Positions 1-20,148 of a stretch of DNA of 64,000 nt are shown here, piece after piece. Source of the DNA: the human T2T-CHM13v2.0 reference genome, Homo sapiens. Both the position numbers and the translations under genes were made by a program. The DNA lies in the NCBI RefSeq assembly GCF_009914755.1, contig NC_060948.1; one strand, written 5' to 3'. Every line of letters begins with the position of its first letter. Within the stretch, counting starts at the first letter, position 1. A model generated the notes under the pieces. That model saw only the letters and a list, made by a program, of their open reading frames with translations. It ran no database searches and was not told where the DNA came from.

Positions 1-503
1 ATATTAAATATCATATATATCATGTATCATATATTCTATAATATATATTACACATTATATAATATGTATGTTGTCTATTATGTGATATATATAACTATAT
101 ATATAATTATATTTTTATACATATAACTAGATAAACATGTAATTCTACATATTTTCATTTATAATATGTAGAATTATATAATCATATATAATTATTTATA
201 TTCTATAAAAAATTTTATCATTATATAAATTATAATATATAAAAATTATAATATGTACTACAAATATATATATTATATATCATATATGATATAGTACCTT
301 TGTTATATATCATATTACATATAAATGTGTATTATGTTATCTATAATTATATAATTTCATATATAAGATGTATAATATGTATCATATATTATATATGTTA
401 TGTAATATATATAGTATATATAAGATGACACAGGATAAATATTATATACTATGACATATAAAATATATGAGGTTATATGTTACATATAAGGCATAGCACA
501 TAA

Positions 504-818
<315 letters not shown>

Positions 819-1390
819 AGATCCATATTTTTTAAATGAAAAAAAATTTCAAAGGTACTCTGCTTGGTACAATAATCAAATGTATAAACTGAGGAATAAA
901 ACATAACCATGAAACCTACTTATAACTGCATATGGAAAATACAGAGGATAATTTTTTAAATAACATATTTTGAAAGCCTTAACTAGTAATTTGAAGAGTT
1001 GGCATTTGAAAGGCCAGTATGAATATACCTTCAAAGCAGCAACACAGGTTCCCCATGAGAAAAAGCAAACACAGGGAAAATAAAAACACAAAGGTTCAAT
1101 CTCTTCTGACCTTTGAAAGACACAGCACAGACAGTGGTCCTTAGGACGAAGAGCAGGAGACCCCTAATTCCGTCACCATGGCGATAGGGCATAAACATTG
1201 CTGGGTGAGGGTACAATCCACATTGTGAGGTCCAACTGCTGCCAGGAAGACAGGAATGCTTTTACATAGACCGAAAGGTCATTGAAGGCTCAGAGTTTTG
1301 TTTCAAGAACTGAATCCCAAGCCCACACGTTATTAGGCTGCGCTTCTTAAAACAAGTTATGAGATGGGAAAAAGGGCACCCACAAACATA
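819..1390. repeat. HSATI-like moderately GC segment of unit 1 (present in every unit directly after the resident Alu)
   Basis: ~570 bp of non-simple sequence (GATCCATATTTT...GGGCACCCACAAACATA) between the Alu and the AT-rich tract. The name comes from the known Alu + HSATI + AT-rich structure of DYZ2; boundaries are approximate. Confidence 0.75.
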
Positions 1391-3231
<1,841 letters not shown>

Positions 3232-5352
3232 AGATCCATATTTTTTAAATGAAAAAAAATTTCAAAGGTACTCTGCTTGGTACAATAATCAAATGTATAA
3301 ACTGAGGAATAAAACATAACCATGAAACCTACTTATAACTGCATATGGAAAATACAGAGGATAATTTTTTAAATAACATATTTTGAAAGCCTTAACTAGT
3401 AATTTGAAGAGTTGGCATTTGAAAGGCCAGTATGAATATACCTTCAAAGCAGCAACACAGGTTCCCCATGAGAAAAAGCAAACACAGGGAAAATAAAACC
3501 ACAAAGGTTCAATCTCTTCTGACCTTTGAAAGACACAGCACAGACAGTGGTCCTTAGGACGAAGAGCAGGAGACCCCTAATTCCGTCACCATGGCGATAG
3601 GGCATAAACATTGCTGGGTGAGGGCACAATCCACATTGTAAGGTCCAACTGCTGCCAGGAAGACAGGAGTGCTTTTACATAGACCGAAAGGTCATTGAAG
3701 GCTCAGAGTTTTGTTTCAAGAACTGAATCCCAAGCCCACTCGTTATTAGGCTGCGCTTCTTAAAACAAGTTATGAGATGGGAAAAAGGGCACCCACAAAC
3801 ATACGTATACATTATGTATATAATAATATACAGTATCATATATATAATATATATAACCTATGTATAATATTGTTTTACATCCTGCATCTTATGTTATATA
3901 TATTGTATAAAATATAATAATTGATAATATATAAGTTTTATAATTATACAATATGACATATAGTATATATTATAATTTATGACATATATAATATATGTTA
4001 TATATCATATATAGAATATATTATACGGTTAATATACGTATTAAATATAAATTATACATTATATATATTATATATAATATATCTGTTATATATAATACAC
4101 ATTATGCATAATATATATATTATGTCTATGTTATATATAGTATAAAACAACATATAATAATATATAATTGTATCTATAAAATGCGACATAGAATATATAT
4201 TATATTTTATAACATATGTAATATATATTATATATAATACGTTGTATGTATAATACCTATATTAAATATATATTTTATGACTATGTTATTAATTACATGT
4301 CACATGTGTTATATATTATATATTTTACATAGAATATACCGGTTACATACAATATATACTATGTTACCTATAATGTATAATTTATTACATGTAAAATAAA
4401 GACTGCAATATATTATGTATAATTTATAATATACAATATGTGGAATGTGATATATATAACATATAATATATGATATATGATATACAGTATATGATATATA
4501 ACATACAATATATGATTCCTAATATATATGGTATACAATATATATTTTATGATATGTATTCTATATGTTTTATATTCTGTTATATATAACTATTTGAAAT
4601 TATATATAACTGTATAATATTTTATGTAAATATGTAATATAATATATATAACTATATAATATATTATATATAACTATATATTATGTGATATATACTTTTA
4701 TAACATAATTTACATAAAATACCATAATATAATATATATTATATTATTTCATATTACATAATATATATTACATATCACCCAATATAACTAACATACATAA
4801 TATTATAATATAGATTATATTGTGTTATATTAAATATCATATATATCATGTATCATATATTCTATAATATATATTACACATTATATAATATGTATGTTGT
4901 CTATTATGTGATATATATAACTATATATATAATTATATTTTTATACATATAACTAGATAAACATGTAATTCTACATATTTTCATTTATAATATGTAGAAT
5001 TATATAATCATATATAATTATTTATATTCTATAAAAAATTTTATCATTATATAAATTATAATATATAAAAATTATAATATGTACTACAAATATATATATT
5101 ATATATCATATATGATATAGTACCTTTGTTATATATCATAATACATATAAATGTGTATTATGTTATCTATAATTATATAATTTCATATATAAGATGTATA
5201 ATATGTATCATATATTATATATGTTATGTAATATATATAGTATATATAAGATGACACAGGATAAATATTATATACTATGACATATAAAATATATGAGGTT
5301 ATATGTTACATATAAGGCATAGCACATAACATGTAATATATATCATATATAA

Positions 5353-5644
5353 TTTTTTATTAGACAGAATCTTGTCCTGTTGCACAGGGTGGGGTAGAAT
5401 GGCGCCATCTTTGCTCACTGCAACTTCTGCCTCACGGGTCCAAGCGATTGTCCTCCCTCAGCCTCCCAGGTAGCTGGGACTACACCACACTGGGACTACA
5501 CCAGCTGCCACCATGCCTAGCTAATTTTTTGGATTTTTAGTAGTGACAGCGTTTCACTGTATTGGCCAGGATGGTCTTGATCTCTTCACCTTGTGATCCC
5601 CTTGCCTTGGCCTCCAAATTTGCTGGGATTACAGGCCTGAGTCA
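5353..5644 (-). mobile_element. Resident diverged Alu of unit 3
   Basis: Near-identical to 527-818. Confidence 0.92.
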
Positions 5645-7750
5645 AGATCCATATTTTTTAAATGAAAAAAAATTTCAAAGGTACTCTGCTTGGTACAATA
5701 ATCAAATGTATAAACTGAGGAATAAAACATAACCCTGAAACCTACTTATAAATGCATATGGAAAATACAGAGGATAATTTTTTAAATAACATATTTTGAA
5801 AGCCTTAACTAGTAATTTGAAGAGTTGGCATTTGAAAGGCCAGTATGAATATACCTTCAAAGCAGCAACACAGGTTCCCCATGAGAAAAAGCAAACTCAG
5901 GGAAAATAAAACCACAAAGGTTCAATCTCTTCGTACCTTTGAAAGACACAGCACAGACAGTGGTCCTTAGGACGAAGAGCAGGAGACCCCCTAATTCCGT
6001 CACCATGGCGATAGGGAATAAACCTTGCTGGGTGAGGGCACAATCCACATTGTGAGGTCGAACTGCTGTCAGGAAGACAGGAGTCCTTTTACATAGACCG
6101 AAAGGTCATTGAAGGCTCAGAGTTCTGTTTCAAGAACTGAATCCCAAGCCCACACGTTATTAGGCTGCGCTTCTTAAAACAAGTTATGAGATGGGAAACA
6201 GGGCACCCACAAACATACGTATACATTATGTATATAATAATATACAGTATCATATATATAATATATATAACCTATGTATAATATTGTATTACATCCTGCA
6301 TCTTATACTATATATGTTGTATAAAATATAATATTTGATAATATATAAGTTTTATATTTATACAATATGACATATGGTATATATTATAATTTATGACATA
6401 TATAATATATGTTATATATCATATATAGAATATATTATACGGTTAATATACGTATTAAATATAAATTATACATTATATATATTATATATAATATATCTGT
6501 TATATATAATACCCATTAAGCATAATATATATATTATGTCTATATTATATATAGTATAAAACAACATATAATAATATATAATTGTATATATAAAATGCGA
6601 CATATAATATATATTATATTTTATAACATATGTAATATATATTATATATTATATATAATACGTTGTATGTATAATACCTATATTAAATATATATTATATG
6701 ACTATGTTATTAATTACATGTCACATGTGTTATATATTATATATTTTACATAGAATATACCGGTTACATACAATATATACTATGTTACCTATAATGTATA
6801 ATTTATTACATGTAAAATAAATAATGCAATATATTATGTATAATTTATAATATACCATATGTGGAATGTGATATATATAACATATAATATATGATATATG
6901 ATATACAGTATATGATATATAACATACAATATATGATTCCTAATATATATGGTATACAATATATATTTTATGATAAGTATTCTATATGTTTTATATTCTG
7001 TTATATATAACTATTTGAAATTATATATAACTGTATAATATTTTATGTAAATATGTAATATAATATATACAACTATATAATATATTATATATAACTATAT
7101 ATTATGTTATATATACTTTTATAACATAATTTACATAAAATATCATAATATAATATATATTATATTATTTCATATTACATAATATATATTACATATCACC
7201 CAGTATAACTAACATACATAATATTATAATATAGATTATATTCTGTTATATTAAATATCATATATATCATGTATCATATATTCTATAATATATATTACAC
7301 ATTATATAATATGTATGTTGTCTATTATGTGATATATATAACTATATATATAATTATATTTTTATACATATAACTAGATAAACATGTAATTCTACATATT
7401 TTCATTTATAATATGTAGAATTATATAATCATATATAATTATTTATATTCTATAAAAAATTTTATCATTATATAAATTATAATATATAAAAATTATAATA
7501 TGTACTACAAATATATATATTATATATCATATATGATATAGTACCTTTGTTATATATCATAATACATATAAATGTGTATTATGTTATCTATAATTATATA
7601 ATTTCATATATAAGATGTATAATATGTATCATATATTATATATGTTATGTAATATATATAGTATATATAAGATGACACAGGATAAATATTATATACTATG
7701 ACATATAAAATATATGAGGTTATATGTTACATATAAGGCATAGCACATAA

Positions 7751-8065
<315 letters not shown>

Positions 8066-10186
8066 AGATCCATATTTTTTAAATGAAAAAAAATTTCAAA
8101 GGTACTCTGCTTGGTACAATAATCAAATGTATAAACTGAGGAATAAAACATAACCATGAAACCTACTTATAACTGCATATGGAAAATACAGAGGATAATT
8201 TTTTAAATAACATATTTTGAAAGCCTTAACTAGTAATTTGAAGAGTTGGCATTTGAAAGGCCAGTATGAATATACCTTCAAAGCAGCAACACAGGTTCCC
8301 CATGAGAAAAAGCAAACACAGGGAAAATAAAAACACAAAGGTTCAATCTCTTCTGACCTTTGAAAGACACAGCACAGACAGTGGTCCTTAGGACGAAGAG
8401 CAGGAGACCCCTAATTCCGTCACCATGGCGATAGGGCATAAACATTGCTGGGTGAGGGTACAATCCACATTGTGAGGTCCAACTGCTGCCAGGAAGACAG
8501 GAATGCTTTTACATAGACCGAAAGGTCATTGAAGGCTCAGAGTTTTGTTTCAAGAACTGAATCCCAAGCCCACACGTTATTAGGCTGCGCTTCTTAAAAC
8601 AAGTTATGAGATGGGAAAAAGGGCACCCACAAACATACGTATACATTATGTATATAATAATATACAGTATCATATATATAATATATATAACCTATGTATA
8701 ATATTGTTTTACATCCTGCATCTTATGTTATATATATTGTAGAAAATATAATAATTGATAATATATAAGTTTTATAATTATACAATATGACATATAGTAT
8801 ATATTATAATTTATGACATATATAATATATGTTATATATCATATATAGAATATATTATACGGTTAATATACGTATTAAATATAAATTATACATTATATAT
8901 ATTATATATAATATATCTGTTATATATAATACACATTATGCATAATATATATATTATGTCTATGTTATATATAGTATAAAACAACATATAATAATATATA
9001 ATTGTATCTATAAAATGCGACATAGAATATATATTATATTTTATAACATATGTAATATATATTATATATAATACGTTGTATGTATAATACCTATATTAAA
9101 TATATATTTTATGACTATGTTATTAATTACATGTCACATGTGTTATATATTATATATTTTACATAGAATATACCGGTTACATACAATATATACTATGTTA
9201 CCTATAATGTATAATTTATTACATGTAAAATAAAGACTGCAATATATTATGTATAATTTATAATATACAATATGTGGAATGTGATATATATAACATATAA
9301 TATATGATATATGATATACAGTATATGATATATAACATACAATATATGATTCCTAATATATATGGTATACAATATATATTTTATGATATGTATTCTATAT
9401 GTTTTATATTCTGTTATATATAACTATTTGAAATTATATATAACTGTATAATATTTTATGTAAATATGTAATATAATATATATAACTATATAATATATTA
9501 TATATAACTATATATTATGTGATATATACTTTTATAACATAATTTACATAAAATACCATAATATAATATATATTATATTATTTCATATTACATAATATAT
9601 ATTACATATCACCCAATATAACTAACATACATAATATTATAATATAGATTATATTGTGTTATATTAAATATCATATATATCATGTATCATATATTCTATA
9701 ATATATATTACACATTATATAATATGTATGTTGTCTATTATGTGATATATATAACTATATATATAATTATATTTTTATACATATAACTAGATAAACATGT
9801 AATTCTACATATTTTCATTTATAATATGTAGAATTATATAATCATATATAATTATTTATATTCTATAAAAAATTTTATCATTATATAAATTATAATATAT
9901 AAAAATTATAATATGTACTACAAATATATATATTATATATCATATATGATATAGTACCTTTGTTATATATCATAATACATATAAATGTGTATTATGTTAT
10001 CTATAATTATATAATTTCATATATAAGATGTATAATATGTATCATATATTATATATGTTATGTAATATATATAGTATATATAAGATGACACAGGATAAAT
10101 ATTATATACTATGACATATAAAATATATGAGGTTATATGTTACATATAAGGCATAGCACATAACATGTAATATATATCATATATAA

Positions 10187-10478
10187 TTTTTTATTAGACA
10201 GAATCTTGTCCTGTTGCACAGGGTGGGGTAGAATGGCGCCATCTTTGCTCACTGCAACTTCTGCCTCACGGGTCCAAGCGATTGTCCTCCCTCAGCCTCC
10301 CAGGTAGCTGGGACTACACCACACTGGGACTACACCAGCTGCCACCATGCCTAGCTAATTTTTTGGATTTTTAGTAGTGACAGCGTTTCACTGTATTGGC
10401 CAGGATGGTCTTGATCTCTTCACCTTGTGATCCCCTTGCCTTGGCCTCCAAATTTGCTGGGATTACAGGCCTGAGTCA
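10187..10478 (-). mobile_element. Resident diverged Alu of unit 5
   Basis: Near-identical to 527-818; shares variants with unit 3. Confidence 0.92.
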
Positions 10479-12607
10479 AGATCCATATTTTTTAAATGAA
10501 AAAAAATTTCAAAGGTACTCTGCTTGGTACAATAATCAAATGTATAAACTGAGGAATAAAACATAACCATGAAACCTACTTATAAATGCATATGGAAAAT
10601 ACAGAGGATAATTTTTTAAATAACATATTTTGAAAGCCTTAACTAGTAATTTGAAGAGTTGGCATTTGAAAGGCCAGTATGAATATACCTTCAAAGCAGC
10701 AACACAGGTTCCCCATGAGAAAAAGCAAACTCAGGGAAAATAAAACCACAAAGGTTCAATCTCTTCGTACCTTTGAAAGACACAGCACAGACAGTGGTCC
10801 TTAGGACGAAGAGCAGGAGACCCCCTAATTCCGTCACCATGGCGATAGGGAATAAACCTTGCTGGGTGAGGGCACAATCCACATTGTGAGGTCGAACTGC
10901 TGTCAGGAAGACAGGAGTCCTTTTACATAGACCGAAAGGTCATTGAAGGCTCAGAGTTCTGTTTCAAGAACTGAATCCCAAGCCCACACGTTATTAGGCT
11001 GCGCTTCTTAAAACAAGTTATGAGATGGGAAACAGGGCACCCACAAACATACGTATACATTATGTATATAATAATATACAGTATCATATATATAATATAT
11101 ATAACCTATGTATAATATTGTATTACATCCTGCATCTTATACTATATATGTTGTATAAAATATAATATTTGATAATATATAAGTTTTATATTTATACAAT
11201 ATGACATATGGTATATATTATAATTTATGACATATATAATATATGTTATATATCATATATAGAATATATTATACGGTTAATATACGTATTAAATATAAAT
11301 TATACATTATATATATTATATATAATATATCTGTTATATATAATACCCATTAAGCATAATATATATATTATGTCTATGTTATATATAGTATAAAACAACA
11401 TATAATAATATATAATTGTATATATAAAATGCGACATATAATATATATTATATTTTATGACATATGTAATATATATTATATATTTTATATAATACGTTGT
11501 ATGTATAATACCTATATTAAATATATATTATATGACTATGTTATTAATTACATGTCACATATGTTATATATTATATATTTTACATAGAATATACCGGTTA
11601 CATGCAATATATACTATGTTACCTATAATGTATAATTTATTACATGTAAAATAAAGAATGCAATATATTATGTATAATTTATAATATACAATATGTGGAA
11701 TGTGATATATATAACATATAATGTATGATATAAGATATAGAGTATATGATATATAACATACAATATATGATACCTAATATATATGGTATACAATATATAT
11801 TTTATGATATGTATTCTCTATGTTTTATATTCTGTTATATATAACTATTTGAAATTATATATAACTGTATAATATTTTATGTAAATATGTAAGATAATAT
11901 ATATAACCATATAATATATTATATATAACAATATATTATGTTATATATACTTATATAACATAATTTACATAAAATATCATAATATAATATATATTATATT
12001 ATTTCATATTACATAATATATATTACATATCACCCAATATAAGTAACATACATAATATTATAATATAGATTATATTATGTTATATTAAATATCATATATA
12101 TCATGTATCATATATTCTATAATATATATTATACATTATATAATATGTATGTTGTCTATTATGTGATATATATAACTATATATATAATTATATTATTATA
12201 CATATAACTAGATAAACATGTAATTCTACATATTTTCATTTATAATATATAGAATTATATAATCATATATAATTATTTATATTCTATAAAAAATTATATC
12301 ATTATATAAATTATAATATATAAAAATTATAAGATGTACTACAAATATATATATTATATATTATATATGATATAGCACCTTTGTTATATATCATAATACA
12401 TATAAATGTGTATTATGTTATCTATAATTATAAAATTTCATATATAAGATGTATAATATGTATTATATATTATATATGTTATGTAATATATATAGTATAT
12501 ATAAGATGACGCAGGATAAATATTATATACTATGACATATAAAATATATGAGGTTATATGTTACATATAAAGCATAGCACATAACATGTAATATATATCA
12601 TATATAA

Positions 12608-12899
12608 TTTTTTTTTAGACAGAGTCTTGTCGTGTTGCACAGGGTGGAGTACAATGGCGCCATCTTTGCTCACTGCAACATCTGCCTCACGGGTCCAAGC
12701 GATTGTCCTCCCTCAGACTCCCAGATAGCTGGGACTACACCACACTGGGACTACACCAGCTGCCACCATGCCTAGCTAATTTTTTGGATTTTTAGTAGTG
12801 ACAGCCTTTCACTGCATTGGCCAGGATGGTCTTGATCTCTTCACCTTGTGATCCCCTTGCCTTGGCCTCCAAATTTGCTGGGATTACAGGCCTGAGCCA
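12608..12899 (-). mobile_element. Resident diverged Alu of unit 6
   Basis: Near-identical to 527-818. Confidence 0.92.
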
Positions 12900-15003
12900 A
12901 GATCCATATTTTTTAAATGAAAAAAAATTTCAAAGGTACTCTGCTTGGTACAATAATCAAATGTATAAACTGAGGAATAAAACATAACCATGAAACCTAC
13001 TTATAACTGCATATGGAAAATACAGAGGATAATTTTTAAATAACATATTTTGAAAGCCTTAACTAGTAATTTGAAGAGTTGGCATTTGAAAGGCCAGTAT
13101 GAATATACCTTCAAAGCAGCAACACAGGTTCCCCATGAGAAAAAGCAAACTCAGGGAAAATAAAACCACAAAGGTTCAATCTCTTCTGACCTTTGAAAGA
13201 CACAGCACAGACAGTGGTCCTTAGGACGAAGAGCAGGAGACCCCTAATTCCGTCACCATGGCGATAGGGCATAAACATTGCTGGGTGAGGGCACAATCCA
13301 CATTGTGAGGTCCAACTGCTGCCAGGAAGACAGGAGTGCTTTTACATAGACCGAAAGGTCATTGAAGGCTCAGAGTTTTGTTTCAAGAACTGAATAACAA
13401 GCCCACACGTTATTAGGCTGCGCTTCTTAAAACAAGTTATGAGATGGGAAAAAGGGCACCCACAAACATACATATACATTATGTATATAATAATATACAG
13501 TATCATATATATAATATATATAACCTATATATAATATTGTTTTACATCCTGCATCTTATATTATATATATAGTATAAAATATAATAATTGATAATATATA
13601 AGATTTATATTTATACAATATGACATATACTATATATTATATTTTATGACATATATAATATATGTTATGTATCTTATATAGAATATATTATACGGTGAAT
13701 ATACGTATTATATATAAATTATACATTATATATATTATAAATAATATATCTCTTATATATAATACGCATTATACATATTATATATATTATGTCTATGTTA
13801 TATATAGTATAAAACAACATATAATAATATATAATTGTATATATAAAATGTGACATATAATATATATTATATTTTATGACATATGTAATATATATTATAT
13901 ATTATATATAATACGTTGTATGTATAATACCTATATTAAGTATATATTATATGACTATGTTATTAATTACATGTCACATATGTTATATATTATATATTTT
14001 ACATGGAATATACCGTTTACATATAATATATACTATGTTACCTATAATGTATAATTTATTACATGTAATATAATGAATGTCATATATTGTATATAATTTA
14101 TAATATACAATATGTGGAATGTGATATATATAACATATAATATATGATATATGATATACCATATATGATATATAACATACAATGTATGATTCCTGGTATA
14201 TATGGCATACAATATATATTTTATGATACGGATTCTATATGTTTTATATTCTGTTATATATAACTACTTGAAATCATATATAACTGTATAATATTTTATA
14301 TAAATATGTAATATAATATATATAAACATATAATATATTATATATAACTATATATTATGTTATATATACTTTTATAACATAATTTACATAAAATATCATA
14401 ATATAATATATATTATATTATTTCATATTACATAATATATATTACATATCACCCAATATGAGTAACATACATAATATTAAAATACAGATTATATTATGTT
14501 ATATTAAATATCATATATATCATGTATCATATATTTTATAATATATATTATACATTATATAATATGCATGTTGTCTACTATGTGATATATATAACTATAT
14601 ATATAATTATATTATTATATATATATCTACATAAACATGTAATTCTATATATTTTCATTTGTAATATATAGAATTATATAATCATATATAATTATTTATA
14701 TTCCATAAAAAAATATATCATTATATAAACTATAATATATAAAAATTATAATATGTACTAAAAATATATATATTATATATCATATATGACATAGTACCTT
14801 TGTTATATATCATATTACATATAAATGTATATTATGTTATCTATAATTATACAATTTCATATATAAAATGTATAATATGTATTATATATTTTATGTGTTA
14901 TGTAATATATATAGTATATATAAGATGACACAGGATAAATATTTTAAACTATGACATATAAAATATATGAGGTTATATGTTACATATAAGGCATAGCACA
15001 TAA

Positions 15004-15318
<315 letters not shown>

Positions 15319-17420
15319 AGATCCACATTTTTTAAATGAAAAAAAATTTCAAAGGTACTCTGCTTGGTACAATAATCAAATGTATAAACTGAGGAATAAA
15401 ACATAACCATGAAACCTACTTATAACTGCATATGGAAAATACAGAGGATAATTTTTTAAATAACATATTTTGAAAGCCTTAACTAGTAATTTGAAGAGTT
15501 GGCATTTGAAAGGCCAGTATGAATATACCTTCAAAGCAGCAACACAGGTACCCCATGAGAAAAAGCAAACTCAGGGAAAATGAAACCACAAAGTTTCAAT
15601 CTCTTCTGACCTTTGAAAGACACAGCACAGACAGTGGTCCTTAGGACGAAGAGCAGGAGACCCCTAATTCCGTCACCATGGCGATAGGGCATAAACATTG
15701 CTGGGTGAGGGCACAATCCACATTGTGAGGTCCAACTGCTGCCAGGAAGACAGGAGTGCTTTTACATAGACCGAAAGGTCATTGAAGGCTCAGAGTTTTG
15801 TTTCAAGAACTGAATCCCAAGCCCTCACGTTATTAGGTTGCGCTTCTTAAAACAAGTTATGAGATGGGAAAAAGGGCACCCACAAACATACGTATACATT
15901 ATGTATATAATAATATACAGTATCATATATATAATATATATAACCTATGTATAATATTGTTTTACATCCTGCATCTTATGTTATATATATTGTATGAAAT
16001 ATAATAATTGATAATATATAAGTTTATATTTATAAAATATGACATATAGTATATAATATAATTTATGACATATATAATATATGTTATATATCATATATAG
16101 AATATATTATACGGTTAATATACGTATTAAATATAAATTATACATTATATATACTATATATAATATATCTATTATACATAATACCCATTATGCATAATAT
16201 ATATATTATGTCTATGTTATATATAGTATAAAACAACACATAATAATATACAATTGTATATATAAAATGCGACATATAATATATATTATATTTTATGACA
16301 TGTAATATATATTATATATTATATATAATACGTTGTATGTATAATACCTATATTAAATATATATTATATGTCTATGTTATTAATTACATGTCACATATGT
16401 TATATATTATATATTTTACATGGAATATACCCGTAACATACAATATATACTATGTTACCTATAATGTATAATTGATTAAATGTGAAATAAAGAATTCAAT
16501 ATATTATGTATAATTTATAATATACAATATGTGGAATGTGATATATATAACATATAATATATGATATATGATATACAGTATATGATATATAACATACAAT
16601 ATATGATACCTAATATATATGGTATACAATATATATTTTATGATATGTATTCTATATGTTTTATATTCTGTTATATATAACTATTTGAAATTATATATAA
16701 CTGTATAATATTTTATGTAAATATGTAATATAATATATATAACTATATAATATATTATATATAACTATACATTATGTTATATATACTTTTATAACATAAT
16801 TTACATAAAATGTCAAAATATAATATATATTATATTATTTCATATTACATAATATATATTACATATCACCCAACATAAGTAACATACCTAATATTATAAT
16901 ATAGATTATATTGTGTTATATTAAATATCATATATATCATGTATCATATATTCTATAATATATATTACACGTTATATAATATGTATGTTGTCTATTATGT
17001 GATATATATAACTATATATATAATTATATTTTTATACATATAACTAGATAAACATGTAATTCTACATATTTTCATTTATAATATGTAGAATTATATAATC
17101 ATATATAATTATTTATATTCTATAAAAAATTTTATCATTATATAAATTATAATATATAAAAATTATAATATGTACTACAAATATATATATTATATATCAT
17201 ATATGATATAGTACCTTTGTTATATATCATAATACATATAAATGTGTATTATGTTATCTATAATTATATAATTTCATATATAAGATGTATAATATGTGTC
17301 ATATATTATATATGTTATGTAATATATATAGTATATATAAGATGACACAGGATAAATATTATATACTATGACATATAAAATATATGAGGTTATATGTTAC
17401 ATATAAGGCATAGCACATAA

Positions 17421-17735
<315 letters not shown>

Positions 17736-19833
17736 AGATCCATATTTTTTAAATGAAAAAAAATTTCAAAGGTACTCTGCTTGGTACAATAATCAAATGT
17801 ATAAACTGAGGAATAAAACATAACCATGAAACCTACTTATAACTGCATATGGAAAATACAGAGGATAATTTTTTAAATAACATATTTTGAAAGCCTTAAC
17901 TAGTAATTTGAAGAGTTGGCATTTGAAAGGCCAGTATGAATATACCTTCAAAGCAGCAACACAGGTTCCCCATGAGAAAAAGCAAACACAGGGAAAATAA
18001 AACCACAAAGGTTCAATCTCTTCTGACCTTTGAAAGACACAGCACAGACAGTGGTCCTTAGGACGAAGAGCAGGAGACCCCTAATTCCGTCACCATGGCG
18101 ATAGGGCATAAACATTGCTGGGTGAGGGCACAATCCACATTGTAAGGTCCAACTGCTGCCAGGAAGACAGGAGTGCTTTTACATAGACCGAAAGGTCATT
18201 GAAGGCTCAGAGTTTTGTTTCAAGAACTGAATCCCAAGCCCACTCGTTATTAGGCTGCGCTTCTTAAAACAAGTTATGAGATGGGAAAAAGGGCACCCAC
18301 AAACATACGTATACATTATGTATATAATAATATACAGTATCATATATATAATATATATAACCTATGTATAATATTGTTTTACATCCTGCATCTTATGTTA
18401 TATATATTGTATAAAATATAGTAATTGATAATATATAAGTTTTATAATTATACAATATGACATATAGTATATATTATAATTTATGACATATATAATATAT
18501 GTTATATATCATATATAGAATATATTATACGGTTAATATACGTATTAAATATAAATTATACATTATATATATTATATATAATATATCTGTTATATATAAT
18601 ACACATTATGCATAATATATATATTATGTCTATGTTATATATAGTATAAAACAACATATAATAATATATAATTGTATCTATAAAATGCGACATAGAATAT
18701 ATATTATATTTTATAACATATGTAATATATATTATATATAATACGTTGTATGTATAATACCTATATTAAATATATATTATATGACTATGTTATTAATTAC
18801 ATGTCACATGTGTTATATATTATATATTTTACATAGAATATACCGGTTACATACAATATATACTATGTTACCTATAATGTATAATTGATTACATGTAAAA
18901 TAAATAATGCAATATATTATGTATAATTTATAATACACAATATGTGGAATGTGATATATATAACATATAATATATGATATATGATATACAGTATAAGATA
19001 TATAACATACAATATATGATACCTAATATATATGGTATACAATATATATTTTATGATATGTATTCTATATGTTTTATATTCTGTTATATATAACTATTTG
19101 AAATTATATATAACTGTATAATATTTTATGTAAATATGTAATATAATATATGTAACTATAAAATATATTATATATAACTATATATTATGTTATATATACT
19201 TTTATAACATAATTTACATAAAATATCATAATATAATATATATTATATTATTTCATATTACATAATATATATTACATATCACCCAATATAAGTAACATAC
19301 ATAATATTAAATTATATATTATATTATGTTATATTAAATATTATATATATCATGTATCATATATTCTATAATATATATTACACATTATATAATATGTATG
19401 TTGTCTATTATGTGATATATATATCTATATATATAATTATATTATTATACATATAACTAGATAAACATGTAATTCTACATATTTTCATTTATAATATATA
19501 GAATTATATAATCATATATAATTATTTATATTCTATAAAAAATTATATCATTATATAAATTATAATATATAAAAATTATAATATGTACTACAAATATATA
19601 TATTATATATCATATATGATATAGTACCTTTGTTATATATCATAATACATATAAATGTGTATTATGTTATCTATAATTATATAATTTCATATATAAGATG
19701 TATAATATGTATCATATACTATATATGTTATGTAATATATATAGTATATATAAGATGACACAGGATAAATATTATATACTATGACATATAAAATATATGA
19801 GGTTATATGTTACATATAAGGCATAGCACATAA

Positions 19834-20148
<315 letters not shown>

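Noticed and set aside
876-1216. Recurrent 61-80 aa minus-strand ORFs (MCFYFPCVCFF..., MCPHPAMFMPY...) in nearly every unit
   Set aside because: They recur because the DNA unit recurs. They overlap in different frames, gain stops or frameshifts freely between units (e.g. units 3, 5, 6, 23) and resemble no protein family I recognise.
6374-6559. Ile/Tyr-rich ORFs in AT tracts (also 11208, 13662, 28657, 40834)
   Set aside because: These are translations of (AT)n-like low-complexity DNA and appear only when a point mutation removes a stop.
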